Below, one piece after another: positions 28,820-38,004 of a stretch of DNA of 64,000 bases. The notes under the pieces were generated by a model, which was not told where the DNA came from, did no database searches, and saw only the letters and a program-made list of their open reading frames with translations. The translations under genes and the position numbers were made by a program. Each line of letters starts with the position of its first letter. The first letter of the stretch is position 1. The DNA comes from an uncultured Smithella sp. (GTDB lineage Bacteria; Desulfobacterota; Syntrophia; Syntrophales; Smithellaceae). The stretch is from positions 50,324 through 114,323 of the forward strand of contig CAYUDM010000003.1 in NCBI GenBank assembly GCA_964443625.1. The letters are read 5' to 3'.

Positions 28820-30535
28820 ATGTATGAACAAAAACCCTGGTTGACCTTTTATTCGCATGTTCCGCATTCCATCGACTATCCGCGTGTCACAATGTATGAG
28901 GCGCTTGCCCAGACGGCACGGGAAAAACCCGACGATATCGCCTATGACTTTCTGGGTTACACCTCCACCTATCGCACGTTTATGTTGGAGATTGACCGCT
29001 GCGCCGACGCGCTTGCCGCCCTGGGGCTTGCCCAAGGCGAACGCATCACCATCTCCATGCCCACATCCCCTCAGGGCATCATCGCCTTCTATGCCGCCAA
29101 CAAGCTGGGCGCAGTGGCCAGTATGATCCATCCGCTATCCACCGCCAAAGAAATTGAATTCTACCTCAACGTGGCCAAAAGCCGCTTTGCCCTGACGCTG
29201 GACGCTTTTTACGCCAAGTTCAGGGAAGTGAAAGACGCCACGCCACTTTCGACGCTGATCCTGGCGCGCATTCCGGATTATCTGAGCTTCGTCAAGCGCG
29301 TCGGCTTCAATCTGACCAAAGGCCGCCTGATTCCCAAAGTCCCCCACGACCCCATGGTGAAATGGTGGGCGGATCTGATGAAAGGCGGCTATCCCAAGGC
29401 GGAGCCCGCGCGGATGGGCACGGATGATCTGGCGGTGATTCTTTACAGCGGCGGGACCACGGGCGTTCCCAAAGGCATCATGCTGTCCAATATGAACTTC
29501 ATCAGTGAGGGCAAGATGGTCTCGGAATGGGGGAAGCTCGACAACGCCACGTCCGTGCTGGCGATTTTGCCGATCTTTCACGGGTTCGGTCTGGGGGTGT
29601 GCATCAATGCCTGCTTTATGGGCGGCGGCAAAAGCATTCTGGTACCGATCTTCACGCCGGAGACGGTGGCCGATCTGATGCGCAAACACAAGCCCTCATT
29701 CGTGATCGGCGTGCCCACGCTCTTTGACGCGCTCGCGCGCAATCCCAAGATGTCCAAGGCGGATTTGAGCTGCCTTAAGGCGACGTTTTCCGGCGCCGAC
29801 ATGCTGCCCCGTCCCGTCAAAGAGCGCTTCGAGGCGATGGTGAAAAGGCAGGGCGGCAATGTTCAGCTTCTGGAAGGCTACGGGCTGACGGAAGCCGTGA
29901 CGGCCATCATGGCCACGCCCATCGGCAGCTATCGGGAAGGCAGCATCGGCGTGCCGTTTCCGGACATGCTGGCCAAGATCGTCAAGCTCGAGACGCTGGA
30001 GGAAGCGCCGATAGGCGAGGAAGGCGAAATCTGCGTGGCGGGTCCCGCCGTGATGCTGGGCTATCTCGACCAGCCCGAAGAAACCGCCAATACGCTCAAA
30101 ACCCATGCCGACGGCCGGGTCTGGCTGCACACCGGCGATATCGGCACGATGGACGAGGATGGGTTTTTCTATTTCAAACTGCGACAGAAAAGAATGATCA
30201 AATCCTCCGGGATGAACGTCTATCCCGCGCAGGTGGAAGAGTTGCTTTACCGCCACCCGAAAGTGCGCGATGCGTGTGTCATCGGCGTGCCGGATGAGGC
30301 GCAGGTTCAGGCGGTGAAAGCTTTCATTGTTTTGAAAAACCCCGGCGACGCCGGCGCCGCAGCCGAAAAGGAACTCATTGATTATTGCCGGGAGCATCTC
30401 ATTAAATGGAGCTGCCCCCGGGCGATTGAATTCCGCGACGATCTGCCCAAAACGCTTGTCGGCAAGGTCGCCTACAATACGCTGGAGAAACAGGAAATTG
30501 CCCGACTCAAGCAGGAAGGCAAATTTTTCGGTTAA
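28820..30535 (+). CDS. Long-chain fatty-acid--CoA ligase (AMP-dependent synthetase/ligase)
   Basis: The AMP-binding motif ILYSGGTTGVPKGIMLS, plus GYGLTE, TGDIG..DEDGFFYF and the C-terminal PKTLVGKV, are typical of FadD-like enzymes. Confidence 0.85.
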   Translation: MYEQKPWLTFYSHVPHSIDYPRVTMYEALAQTAREKPDDIAYDFLGYTSTYRTFMLEIDRCADALAALGLAQGERITISMPTSPQGIIAFYAANKLGAVASMIHPLSTAKEIEFYLNVAKSRFALTLDAFYAKFREVKDATPLSTLILARIPDYLSFVKRVGFNLTKGRLIPKVPHDPMVKWWADLMKGGYPKAEPARMGTDDLAVILYSGGTTGVPKGIMLSNMNFISEGKMVSEWGKLDNATSVLAILPIFHGFGLGVCINACFMGGGKSILVPIFTPETVADLMRKHKPSFVIGVPTLFDALARNPKMSKADLSCLKATFSGADMLPRPVKERFEAMVKRQGGNVQLLEGYGLTEAVTAIMATPIGSYREGSIGVPFPDMLAKIVKLETLEEAPIGEEGEICVAGPAVMLGYLDQPEETANTLKTHADGRVWLHTGDIGTMDEDGFFYFKLRQKRMIKSSGMNVYPAQVEELLYRHPKVRDACVIGVPDEAQVQAVKAFIVLKNPGDAGAAAEKELIDYCREHLIKWSCPRAIEFRDDLPKTLVGKVAYNTLEKQEIARLKQEGKFFG

Positions 30536-30556
30536 AGAGATTTTGCCGGCCGCCTT

Positions 30557-31150
30557 CTAATGCACGGGAAAGACGGCGAAGATCACCGCGCTCCAGACGG
30601 AATGCGATACGATCAGCGCCGCGAGGTCGCGCCGCCACAGATACTGCGCGCCCCAAAACGCGCCCGCCACATAGGCCGCCATGGTCAGCATGAAATTCAT
30701 CGAAAAGATATGAATGCTGCCGTAAATCAAAGTGGCCAGAAGATAGCCCGCCTTGTTTCCGTATTTGGCCATCAGGTTTTCCTGAAGGAACCCCCGCCAG
30801 AAGATTTCTTCGCCGGGGCCGGTGATCAAAAGCAAAAGCCCGAAAATGAGCCGGGGGTCGCAATCGGTGCCCATGCCGTAAATGCCGCCGACCTGGGCCG
30901 CGGCGCCGGGCACGATATACGGGGAAAGCACATAGCCCAGATAAAAGACGCCGTACAGCAGAGTCGCAGAAAGCAGCCCGATGAGAACAGACAGAAAAGA
31001 GGGAGTGACCTTCGGTTTCTGAAAATAAAAAGAATAGGCGCACAACGCGACGACGGAAATGCCGATCTTAATCCAGAAATTCCCCCAGGGCAGGCCGAAG
31101 GTGAAAGCCCAAAGGCTCGCGGCCAATGCAACCGCCACCCAGAGTTTCAT
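30557..31150 (-). CDS. CPBP-family intramembrane glutamic endopeptidase (CAAX protease-like)
   Basis: The GPGEEIFWRGFLQ motif (EExxxR) and a later HxxxN/H-type segment lie within 6 TM helices. The gene overlaps the upstream prenyltransferase gene by 4 nt. Confidence 0.75.
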   Translation of the reverse strand: MKLWVAVALAASLWAFTFGLPWGNFWIKIGISVVALCAYSFYFQKPKVTPSFLSVLIGLLSATLLYGVFYLGYVLSPYIVPGAAAQVGGIYGMGTDCDPRLIFGLLLLITGPGEEIFWRGFLQENLMAKYGNKAGYLLATLIYGSIHIFSMNFMLTMAAYVAGAFWGAQYLWRRDLAALIVSHSVWSAVIFAVFPVH

Positions 31151-32037
31151 AGACGCACGATCCTGTCGAGAAACAACGCCAGCATCAGCAAAATGCCGAA
31201 GACCGTGTCAAACTGGGCCGTGAGTGCATCGGCCATGTCCGGCACCTTCCTGTGGAAGGTTTTTAAAAGACTCCACGCCTTCGGGACAGAAAGAAACACA
31301 ATGAGCCCCCACAGACTCATCATGCCCAGAACGATCATGCCGAAGACATAGACATAAGCCGCCAGAATCAGTCCGGCGAAAATCAGCAGACTTTTTTCGA
31401 GTCCCATCACGATGCTGACGGTTTTGACGTTTTGCCTGGCGTCGAAGGTGATGTCCCGCATGTTGTTGGCAAAAAGAACCAGCGCCACCAGGATGCCGAA
31501 CGGAATGGAAATCAGAAGCGGTTTGAGCGAGACGGTCTGAGTCTGCACCGCGTAGGCGCCTTGCACCATGAGCGGCCCCCAGATCAGAAACACGGCGATT
31601 TCTCCGAAGGCCCGGTACTTAAAGCCGACGGGACCCGCCGTATAAAAAACGGCCGTGAGCAGCCCCACCGCGCCGATCCAGAGAATATGCCAGGACCGCA
31701 GATAAGCGATGAAAAAGCCGATGACGGCCGTGAGCGCGAAAAGCACAATGGCCTGAATCAGCACCTGCCTGGCTGAGAGGATGCCCGACACAATGGGTTG
31801 CGGCCGGTATTTGGCCGTCGGGCAATCCGGCGTATCGATTTTATTTTTAGAGTCGAAATAGTCGTTGATCAGGTTGGCCGCCGCGTGAAAAAAAACGATT
31901 CCGACGGCGGTGAGGGCGAACCACGGCCAGGAAACCGGTCCGGTTTCGGCGGCCAAAAGCGTGCCCACCGATACGGAAATGAGCGACATGGTGAAAGACC
32001 AGGGTCTTGTAACCACAATATATTTTTTGATGTCCAT
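31147..32037 (-). CDS. UbiA-family prenyltransferase (MenA-like)
   Basis: The aspartate-rich box NLINDYFDSKNKID and 8-9 TM helices fit the family. The size (296 aa) is typical of MenA/UbiA. Confidence 0.8.
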   Translation of the reverse strand: MDIKKYIVVTRPWSFTMSLISVSVGTLLAAETGPVSWPWFALTAVGIVFFHAAANLINDYFDSKNKIDTPDCPTAKYRPQPIVSGILSARQVLIQAIVLFALTAVIGFFIAYLRSWHILWIGAVGLLTAVFYTAGPVGFKYRAFGEIAVFLIWGPLMVQGAYAVQTQTVSLKPLLISIPFGILVALVLFANNMRDITFDARQNVKTVSIVMGLEKSLLIFAGLILAAYVYVFGMIVLGMMSLWGLIVFLSVPKAWSLLKTFHRKVPDMADALTAQFDTVFGILLMLALFLDRIVRL

Positions 32038-32269
32038 GGCGAAACGCTTTCCTTTAATTTTCTTAAAATCGTTGGCTGCGCGTTTTTGCGGCCGACGAAA
32101 ATCGATTTTTTGCCTAATAATATCTTGAGATTTGTGTCAAGTCATTTATCCGGCGCCAAGGGCGTTTGGGGGGGGATCCAGCTTATGCCAGGGCTTTGAG
32201 AAAATAAGCGGTTGATAAATTAATCCAATTGCTTTTAATACAGGCAATATTTGCGGCATTGGAGTCTCG

Positions 32270-33172
32270 ATGAAGACCTTTTCTTACAAAGTGGCGGTTT
32301 TTTTAACTCACCGGCTGGGGGTATGGTTTTTCCGGACCTTTTCGTGGTTTATCGCCACCGGATATTTCCTTTTTTTCCCCCTCCGTGTAAAAGAAAGCCT
32401 GAAATTTTACCGGGCGGTTTTCCCGCAGAAGGGCCTGGCCGGTCACCTGTATTGTGTCTGGAAGCAATACCACAACTTTACCGATGTCTATGTCCACCGT
32501 TTCATTCCCTGGGCGGCCGGCGAGGCGCGCTTTACCCGCGAAGGATGGGAACACCTTGAAGAAGCGGTTCGGCAAAAAACAGGCGCGATCGTGGTGATGT
32601 CGCACATCGGCAACTGGGAGCTGGCTGCTCAAAGGCTTCAGGCGCAAGGTCTGCCGATTATGCTGTATTTGGGCGCCAAGCACAAAGAGCAGGTGGAAAA
32701 AATCCAGAAGGAGAAGCTTGCCCACGCCGGTATCCGGGTTGTGGCGACCGATGAACGGGATAAATCGCCGTTTGCGCTTCTGGAGGGCGTCCAGTTTCTT
32801 CGGGATGGCGGCATTGTTTCTATGACCGGAGACCGTCTGTGGGGTGAGCAAAGTTTTGTGACGGTCTCCTTTCTCGGGCACGAAGTCCGCCTCCCCGACA
32901 CGCCGCATCTGTTTGCGCTTCTGACGGGCGCACCGCTGATGACCTTTTTCGTTTCTGAACGCTCGCCCAGCCAATACCATGTGACGGTGTCGCCGGGTCG
33001 CACCGTCTCCGCCTCGTCCCGTGCAGACCGCAGGAAAGCCGTGCAGGCTTCCGCTCAAATGTATGCCGACGACCTTGCGCGCTTCGCCCGGGCGCATCCT
33101 TTTCAATGGCATCACTTCGAGCCGTTTCTGGGCCCGAGGATTGACCAAAGCCATCATCAAAGGAATAAATAG
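32270..33172 (+). CDS. LpxL/HtrB-family (lysophospholipid / lipid A-type) acyltransferase
   Basis: N-terminal membrane anchor, catalytic box VMSHIGNWELAA (H-x4-E), and later MTGDR / G.P...F blocks as in lauroyl/myristoyl acyltransferases. Confidence 0.75.
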   Translation: MKTFSYKVAVFLTHRLGVWFFRTFSWFIATGYFLFFPLRVKESLKFYRAVFPQKGLAGHLYCVWKQYHNFTDVYVHRFIPWAAGEARFTREGWEHLEEAVRQKTGAIVVMSHIGNWELAAQRLQAQGLPIMLYLGAKHKEQVEKIQKEKLAHAGIRVVATDERDKSPFALLEGVQFLRDGGIVSMTGDRLWGEQSFVTVSFLGHEVRLPDTPHLFALLTGAPLMTFFVSERSPSQYHVTVSPGRTVSASSRADRRKAVQASAQMYADDLARFARAHPFQWHHFEPFLGPRIDQSHHQRNK

Positions 33173-33226
33173 AATTTTCTTTGCCCCGGTTTAGTTTTTG
33201 GTATAAAGAATCAAATTTGCGCCGAA

Positions 33227-33670
33227 ATGAAGGATGCGGGAGCCGCCATGAAAGTCAGTGAAGTGCCACAGGACATCACCTATTACGAGGGAGAAAAGCG
33301 TGCCTGCTACGCGCTTGACGACGAAGGCCGCTATGTTGTCGTGCCCAGCGCCGGCTGGAGCGCGGAAGATGTCGTCAACAGTCTGGCCGTGGAAGAACTC
33401 GCCCGGCAGCTTGAAGAAACCAGACAGGCGGTTGAAGCCGGACTCAAAAGCCCGCTTTGCTATCATATGGAGCGTCGCCAGATGAATCCCGAGATTCTGG
33501 GCAAGACGGCGGGCGTTGCCGTCTTCCGGGTGAAAAGACATTTCCGGCCGGAAATTTTCGCCAAACTCAAATCCTCCGTTCTGAGTCGTTACGCGCGAGC
33601 GTTGGCGGTGACACTCGACGAATTGATCACCGTGCCGAAACAGCCACCAGAAAGGGAATCCCGCTCATGA
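33227..33670 (+). CDS. Small protein with a C-terminal XRE-like helix-turn-helix
   Basis: The C-terminus ...ILGKTAGVAVFRVKRHFRPEIFAKLKSSVLSRYARALAVTLDELI has the HTH_XRE pattern. The start is ATG 33227 or ATG 33248. Its stop overlaps the next start (ATGA). Confidence 0.45.
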   Translation: MKDAGAAMKVSEVPQDITYYEGEKRACYALDDEGRYVVVPSAGWSAEDVVNSLAVEELARQLEETRQAVEAGLKSPLCYHMERRQMNPEILGKTAGVAVFRVKRHFRPEIFAKLKSSVLSRYARALAVTLDELITVPKQPPERESRS

Positions 33671-34701
33671 CCGAAGAACTGACCAGCGCCGGCAGGCCGT
33701 TTGTGCATCATCATTCCGCCCATTGTGAAAGCGGCGTCACGTCCGCGCTTTTCCGCGACAAGGGCGTGGAGTTGTCCGAAGCTATGGTATTCGGCATCGG
33801 CAGCGGCATTTTTTTCGGCCATCTGCCGTTTATCAAATGGGTGGGGCTGCCGATTACAACTTTCCGTTCACGGCCCGGCACGCTTTTTTCCAAAGTCGCC
33901 AAGCGCCTGGGCGGCGATTTCTTTACGAAGCGATACCGAAACGCCCGAAAAGGAATGGACGATCTGCGCCAGGCGCTTCGTCGGGGCCATATCGTGGGCC
34001 TCACCACCAACATCTACTGGCTTTCATACTTTCCCAACCGGTTTCGATTCCAGTTCAACGGCCATAATATCGTCGTTCTGCGCGAGATTGAAAACGGATT
34101 CCGCGTCAGTGATCCGGTACTCGAGCATCCGGTGGATTGCCTGACCGACGATCTCGAGCGGGCGCGTTTCGCCCGGGGACCGCTGGAACCCAAAGGATTT
34201 ATGTATTACGCCCGGTCCGTTCCGCAAAATCCCGACCTGCGCAAAGCCTGCGTCGCGGCGATGAAAGATTCGTGCAATATGATGCTGAGAATTCCGTTTC
34301 CCTTTGTCGGCATCCGGGGGATGCGCTGGCTGGCCAAGGCGACGATACAATCCCCGTCCAAACTCGGATTCCAGGAGGCCTGCCGTCGTCTGGCCAATAT
34401 CGTGCGCATGCAGGAAGAAGTCGGCACAGGCGGGGCGGGATTCCGCTTCATGTATGCCGCTTTTCTGCAGGAAACGGCAGGGCTTTTTGACTCCAGCGAA
34501 CTTTTGGAGCTCTCGCGCGAGATGACGGCCATCGGAGATCTCTGGCGCGAATTTGCCGTCGTTTCGGCTCGCATTATCAAGAAGCGGGGTCAGGCCGAAG
34601 AGACGTTCGAAAAAGCCGGCGGTCTGATGCTGATTTGTGCGGGCCGGGAAGAGAGCTTGTTTCGGGACCTGGATAAGATCGCAAGGAATCTTAGGGCATG
34701 A
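33667..34701 (+). CDS. BtrH N-terminal-domain (papain/C39-like fold) protein, 344 aa
   Basis: Taken from the internal Met MTEELTSAGRPFVHHHSAHCESGVTSALFRDKGVELSEAMVFGIGSGIFF... The conserved H-C-E-S-G nucleophile region and the later DPV.. segment resemble BtrH_N/DUF4872 proteins. The 70 aa upstream in the track ORF overlap the previous gene. Confidence 0.6.
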   Translation: MTEELTSAGRPFVHHHSAHCESGVTSALFRDKGVELSEAMVFGIGSGIFFGHLPFIKWVGLPITTFRSRPGTLFSKVAKRLGGDFFTKRYRNARKGMDDLRQALRRGHIVGLTTNIYWLSYFPNRFRFQFNGHNIVVLREIENGFRVSDPVLEHPVDCLTDDLERARFARGPLEPKGFMYYARSVPQNPDLRKACVAAMKDSCNMMLRIPFPFVGIRGMRWLAKATIQSPSKLGFQEACRRLANIVRMQEEVGTGGAGFRFMYAAFLQETAGLFDSSELLELSREMTAIGDLWREFAVVSARIIKKRGQAEETFEKAGGLMLICAGREESLFRDLDKIARNLRA

Positions 34702-35417
34702 ATGCGCTTTCAGTTTCATCCGTCACATTTTCCTATGACGGCGCGTCCGGGTATGCGCTTGATCATTTCTCTCTTTCCGTCGCAAAAGGCCGGATGCACG
34801 CCCTTTTGGGGCCCAACGGCGCGGGCAAATCGACGCTGATGAAGATCGTGACCGGGCAAATGCGCGGCTATTCGGGAGATGTACTTGTTTTCGGCCGCAA
34901 GATGCCCGACCGCCCGGCGCTTCTATCCATCGGCTATGCGCCCCAGCCGATATCACTTTATCCCGCTTTATCCGCCTATGAAAATTTACGCTTTTTCGGT
35001 GCGATGGCAGGCCTGTCCGGGATTCAGATCCGGGATCGCGCTGAAAATGTTTTGTCTCTTACTGGCCTTGTCGACTATGCCCGCCAGAAGGTTTCAACCT
35101 ATTCCGGCGGTATGCAAAGGCGGCTCAATCTGGCCGTCGCGCTTTTGCATACGCCGAAGCTTCTGCTTTTAGACGAGCCGACCGTCGGCGTTGATCCGCA
35201 AAGCCGCAACCACATCTATGACATGCTCGCGTCGCTCCATGCAGAAGGCATATCGATCCTGCTTTGCACGCACATGATGGAAGAGGCCCAGCGTCTGTGC
35301 GGAAGCGTGACGCTCGCCGATCGCGGCAGAGTCGTCTTTGACGGTCCGATGTCGGAGGTCGGCGATCTGGAGCAGTTCTTTCTTGAAAAGACGGGCAGGG
35401 GGCTGCGCGATGCCTAG
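34698..35417 (+). CDS. ABC transporter ATP-binding protein
   Basis: Walker A GPNGAGKST, signature YSGGMQRRL, Walker B LLLLDEP and an H-loop CTHMMEE. ATGA overlap with the upstream gene. Confidence 0.9.
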   Translation: MNALSVSSVTFSYDGASGYALDHFSLSVAKGRMHALLGPNGAGKSTLMKIVTGQMRGYSGDVLVFGRKMPDRPALLSIGYAPQPISLYPALSAYENLRFFGAMAGLSGIQIRDRAENVLSLTGLVDYARQKVSTYSGGMQRRLNLAVALLHTPKLLLLDEPTVGVDPQSRNHIYDMLASLHAEGISILLCTHMMEEAQRLCGSVTLADRGRVVFDGPMSEVGDLEQFFLEKTGRGLRDA

Positions 35418-36528
35418 ACTGGTTTTAGAACTCTTCAGAAAAGAACTGCTTCTGGTGGCGCGCGACCGGCAGACGCTTCTGCTTTTATTTGTCATGCCCG
35501 TGGCGCTCATCTTCTTTTTGTCGCTGGCCCTCAAGGGGGTTTATGTCGACAAGATCATCGGTCAAAAAGTCGCGGTGGTGATCGAGCAGGAGGGCACCTC
35601 TCCCAAAGTCGCAAAACTTGCGATGCGAATTGCGTCTTCATCGATGATCCGCCGTGTGGAACGCCCCGACGGCTTTGACAACCATCGCCTCTTCGAGGCG
35701 GGCAGGGCCCAGGCTATTGTTCGAATTCCCGACGGTTTTGAACAGGGGGGGCGTCCCGTGGAAGTTCAGTTCGATCCGGTTCTGGACGCGGGCTACCGGA
35801 TCGCGCTCAAATCGCTCGTTTCGGGTTTAACCCTCGAAGTCGTCATGGATGCAGACCCTCTCGAGACGATTGCCGCTGCGTTCGTCGTGGAAAAGACCCG
35901 CCCCAACCGCTCATTTCCCAGCCCCCTGCAGCAAAGCGTTCCAGGCTGGACGATCTTTGCGATGTTCTTTATCGCGATTCCCTTGTCACTGGGGTTTCTG
36001 CGGGAAAAAAGCGACGGCACGCTTCAGCGTCTTTTCACCTATCCTGTGAAACCTTCGCTTGTCGCCGTAGGAAAAGTGATTCCCTATTACCTGATCAACA
36101 ATGTGCAATTCGCCTTGATGTTTTTCGTCGGCGTCTGGATTATGCCGGCCATTCTGGGATTGCCTTTTGATCTGGGCGGTCATCCCTGGCATTTGATTCC
36201 GATTACACTGGTGACCGCTGCCGCGGCGACGGGATTTGGCGCGCTGATTGCCACGTGTGCGCGATCGGCCGAGCAGGCGGCCACGCTGGCCGCGACGCTT
36301 TCGGTTCTCGCGGGCGTCTTCGGCGGCATCATGGTGCCTCATATCGTCATGCCGGCACTCATGAAAAAACTGGCAATGATCTCGCCGATGTATTGGGCGC
36401 ATCAGGCCTATCTGGACGTGCTGTTGCGGGAAGCCTCGCTTGCGGTCATCGTTCCGAAATTAATTGTGTTGACAGTCTTTGCGTTAATTTGTTTTTATAT
36501 CGCCGGAAGGAGAGTGCAATGGATTTAG
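35410..36528 (+). CDS. ABC-2-type transporter permease
   Basis: Starts MPRLVLELFRKELLLVARDRQTLLLLFVMP. One N-terminal TM segment, a roughly 170-aa external loop, then five TM segments. This is the typical ABC-2 exporter topology. Confidence 0.8.
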   Translation: MPRLVLELFRKELLLVARDRQTLLLLFVMPVALIFFLSLALKGVYVDKIIGQKVAVVIEQEGTSPKVAKLAMRIASSSMIRRVERPDGFDNHRLFEAGRAQAIVRIPDGFEQGGRPVEVQFDPVLDAGYRIALKSLVSGLTLEVVMDADPLETIAAAFVVEKTRPNRSFPSPLQQSVPGWTIFAMFFIAIPLSLGFLREKSDGTLQRLFTYPVKPSLVAVGKVIPYYLINNVQFALMFFVGVWIMPAILGLPFDLGGHPWHLIPITLVTAAAATGFGALIATCARSAEQAATLAATLSVLAGVFGGIMVPHIVMPALMKKLAMISPMYWAHQAYLDVLLREASLAVIVPKLIVLTVFALICFYIAGRRVQWI

Positions 36529-36830
36529 ACAAGGCTTATCTGGAATTGAATGTATCCTCCCGGGAGGAACTCATTTTCAAACTCAAAGAATTGGTGATTC
36601 GCGCCTGTGAGATTCAGGACGTCCGTCCGGAAGATGTTCCGACGGATGTGCCCTTTATCGGCGGGCCGGGCCCCCTCAAACTGGACTCGCTCGATGCCAT
36701 GGAAATTGCGATGGAGCTTCGCTATACATTCGGCGTCGAGTTGAAAAATGCATCAACGGCCGCACAGGCAATGCAGTCGTTCGATACGCTGGCCGATTTT
36801 GTGATCTCTGCGCCGAAGGTTAAGAAGTGA
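36519..36830 (+). CDS. Acyl carrier protein (103 aa)
   Basis: Phosphopantetheine attachment motif LKLDSLDAMEIAMEL (DSL). ATG 36519 is preceded by GGAAGGAGAG and overlaps the permease stop by 10 nt. Confidence 0.8.
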   Translation: MDLDKAYLELNVSSREELIFKLKELVIRACEIQDVRPEDVPTDVPFIGGPGPLKLDSLDAMEIAMELRYTFGVELKNASTAAQAMQSFDTLADFVISAPKVKK

Positions 36831-38002
36831 GCGAAAACGCCGTTTATATCCGCGGGTGGGGGGCGGTCTCCACGCTGGGATGGACCGCCGACGAATCCGC
36901 GCGCCGTCTTTTGGCGGGCGATGTCCGGCCGGCCGGCCGATGTTCGTCGTCTCATTTGGTCAACTGTGAATTCAAGGCATTCGAAGCGCCTTTTGAGGGT
37001 AATCCGCTGGACAAGGCGCTGGCGATGCTGGACCGATCCATCACGGAAGCTTTTGATCGCGGACGACTGTCGCGTGAAGAAATCGCGGAAAGCTCCCTTT
37101 TGGTCGGCACCACCGGTGGCCTGTTCATCCGCAACGAATTCGAGTTTATGGAATCCGTGCGTCTGCACCCGGAGAAAGAAACACCGCCGATCTCATGCCG
37201 CAACCGTGGGCCCGGGGAGACCACCGAGTTCATTGCCGAAAAATTCGGGATCGGCGGCATGACGTTCACGTTGAGCATGGCGTGCGTGTCGAGTTCGCAC
37301 GCGCTGGTGGTGGCCAACGGGCTTTTGCGGCAGGGAAAAATCCGCCGTGCGGTCATTGTGGGATTCGAACCGCTTCTGAATATGACACTGCACGGTTTTT
37401 CCAGTCTTTTGCTATACGATGCCGACCGCTGCCGGCCCTTTTGCAACACGCGCTCCGGCATGCAGATCGGCGAAGGTGCCGCCTGTATAATCTTGGAAGC
37501 AAAACCCGCCTCCGAAACAAAACATTTCTATGCGTTCAAAGGCGGATATCTTTTTAACGACAATTCATCGCTCACGTCCGCCGGCACGGATGGCGAGATG
37601 GTCAAAACCGTGGTGGAAGAAGCGCTCGGGCGCGCTCGGGTGGCCGTTGATGACATTGTTGCGGTCAAAGCCCACGGTACGGGAACCCGGGACAATGATT
37701 TGTCGGAAGGGCGAGGATTAAAAAAAGTCTTCGGGGAGGGTCTGCCGCCGGTGATTTCCTTAAAAGGCGCCATCGGCCACGAACTCGGGGCGGCCGGAGC
37801 CGTGGAAACAGCGATTTGGCTGTCCTGTCTGGAACAGGGGTCGATTCCGGCAAGCGTCGGTTTTTCCGAACCGGATCCGGAGATCGGATTGATCCCATCC
37901 ACTAGGATTTTGTCGGCTGCCGACGGAGCTTATCTGTTTAACTTTTTCGGCTTCGGCGCGACCTTCACCAGTTACGTGATTGAGAGGACATCAGCCGCCT
38001 GA
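36827..38002 (+). CDS. Beta-ketoacyl-ACP synthase (FabF/FabB-type, Cys-His-His)
   Basis: Active-site Cys in FTLSMACVSSSHAL, His in VKAHGTGT and His in AIGHELGAAG, with C-terminal FGFGATFTS. The GTG start overlaps the ACP stop (GTGA). Confidence 0.85.
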   Translation: MSENAVYIRGWGAVSTLGWTADESARRLLAGDVRPAGRCSSSHLVNCEFKAFEAPFEGNPLDKALAMLDRSITEAFDRGRLSREEIAESSLLVGTTGGLFIRNEFEFMESVRLHPEKETPPISCRNRGPGETTEFIAEKFGIGGMTFTLSMACVSSSHALVVANGLLRQGKIRRAVIVGFEPLLNMTLHGFSSLLLYDADRCRPFCNTRSGMQIGEGAACIILEAKPASETKHFYAFKGGYLFNDNSSLTSAGTDGEMVKTVVEEALGRARVAVDDIVAVKAHGTGTRDNDLSEGRGLKKVFGEGLPPVISLKGAIGHELGAAGAVETAIWLSCLEQGSIPASVGFSEPDPEIGLIPSTRILSAADGAYLFNFFGFGATFTSYVIERTSAA

Positions 38003-38004
38003 AA

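Noticed and set aside
33457-33666. Several track ORFs carry N-terminal extensions: 33457 for the BtrH-like gene, 36255 for the ACP, 35338 for the permease, 41542-42411 for yggS, 1893-2645 for mrpF and 2141-2866 for mrpE.
   Set aside because: The extensions overlap the preceding gene in another frame and lack homology-like sequence. Internal Mets with an RBS and/or ATGA/GTGA coupling give proteins of canonical length.
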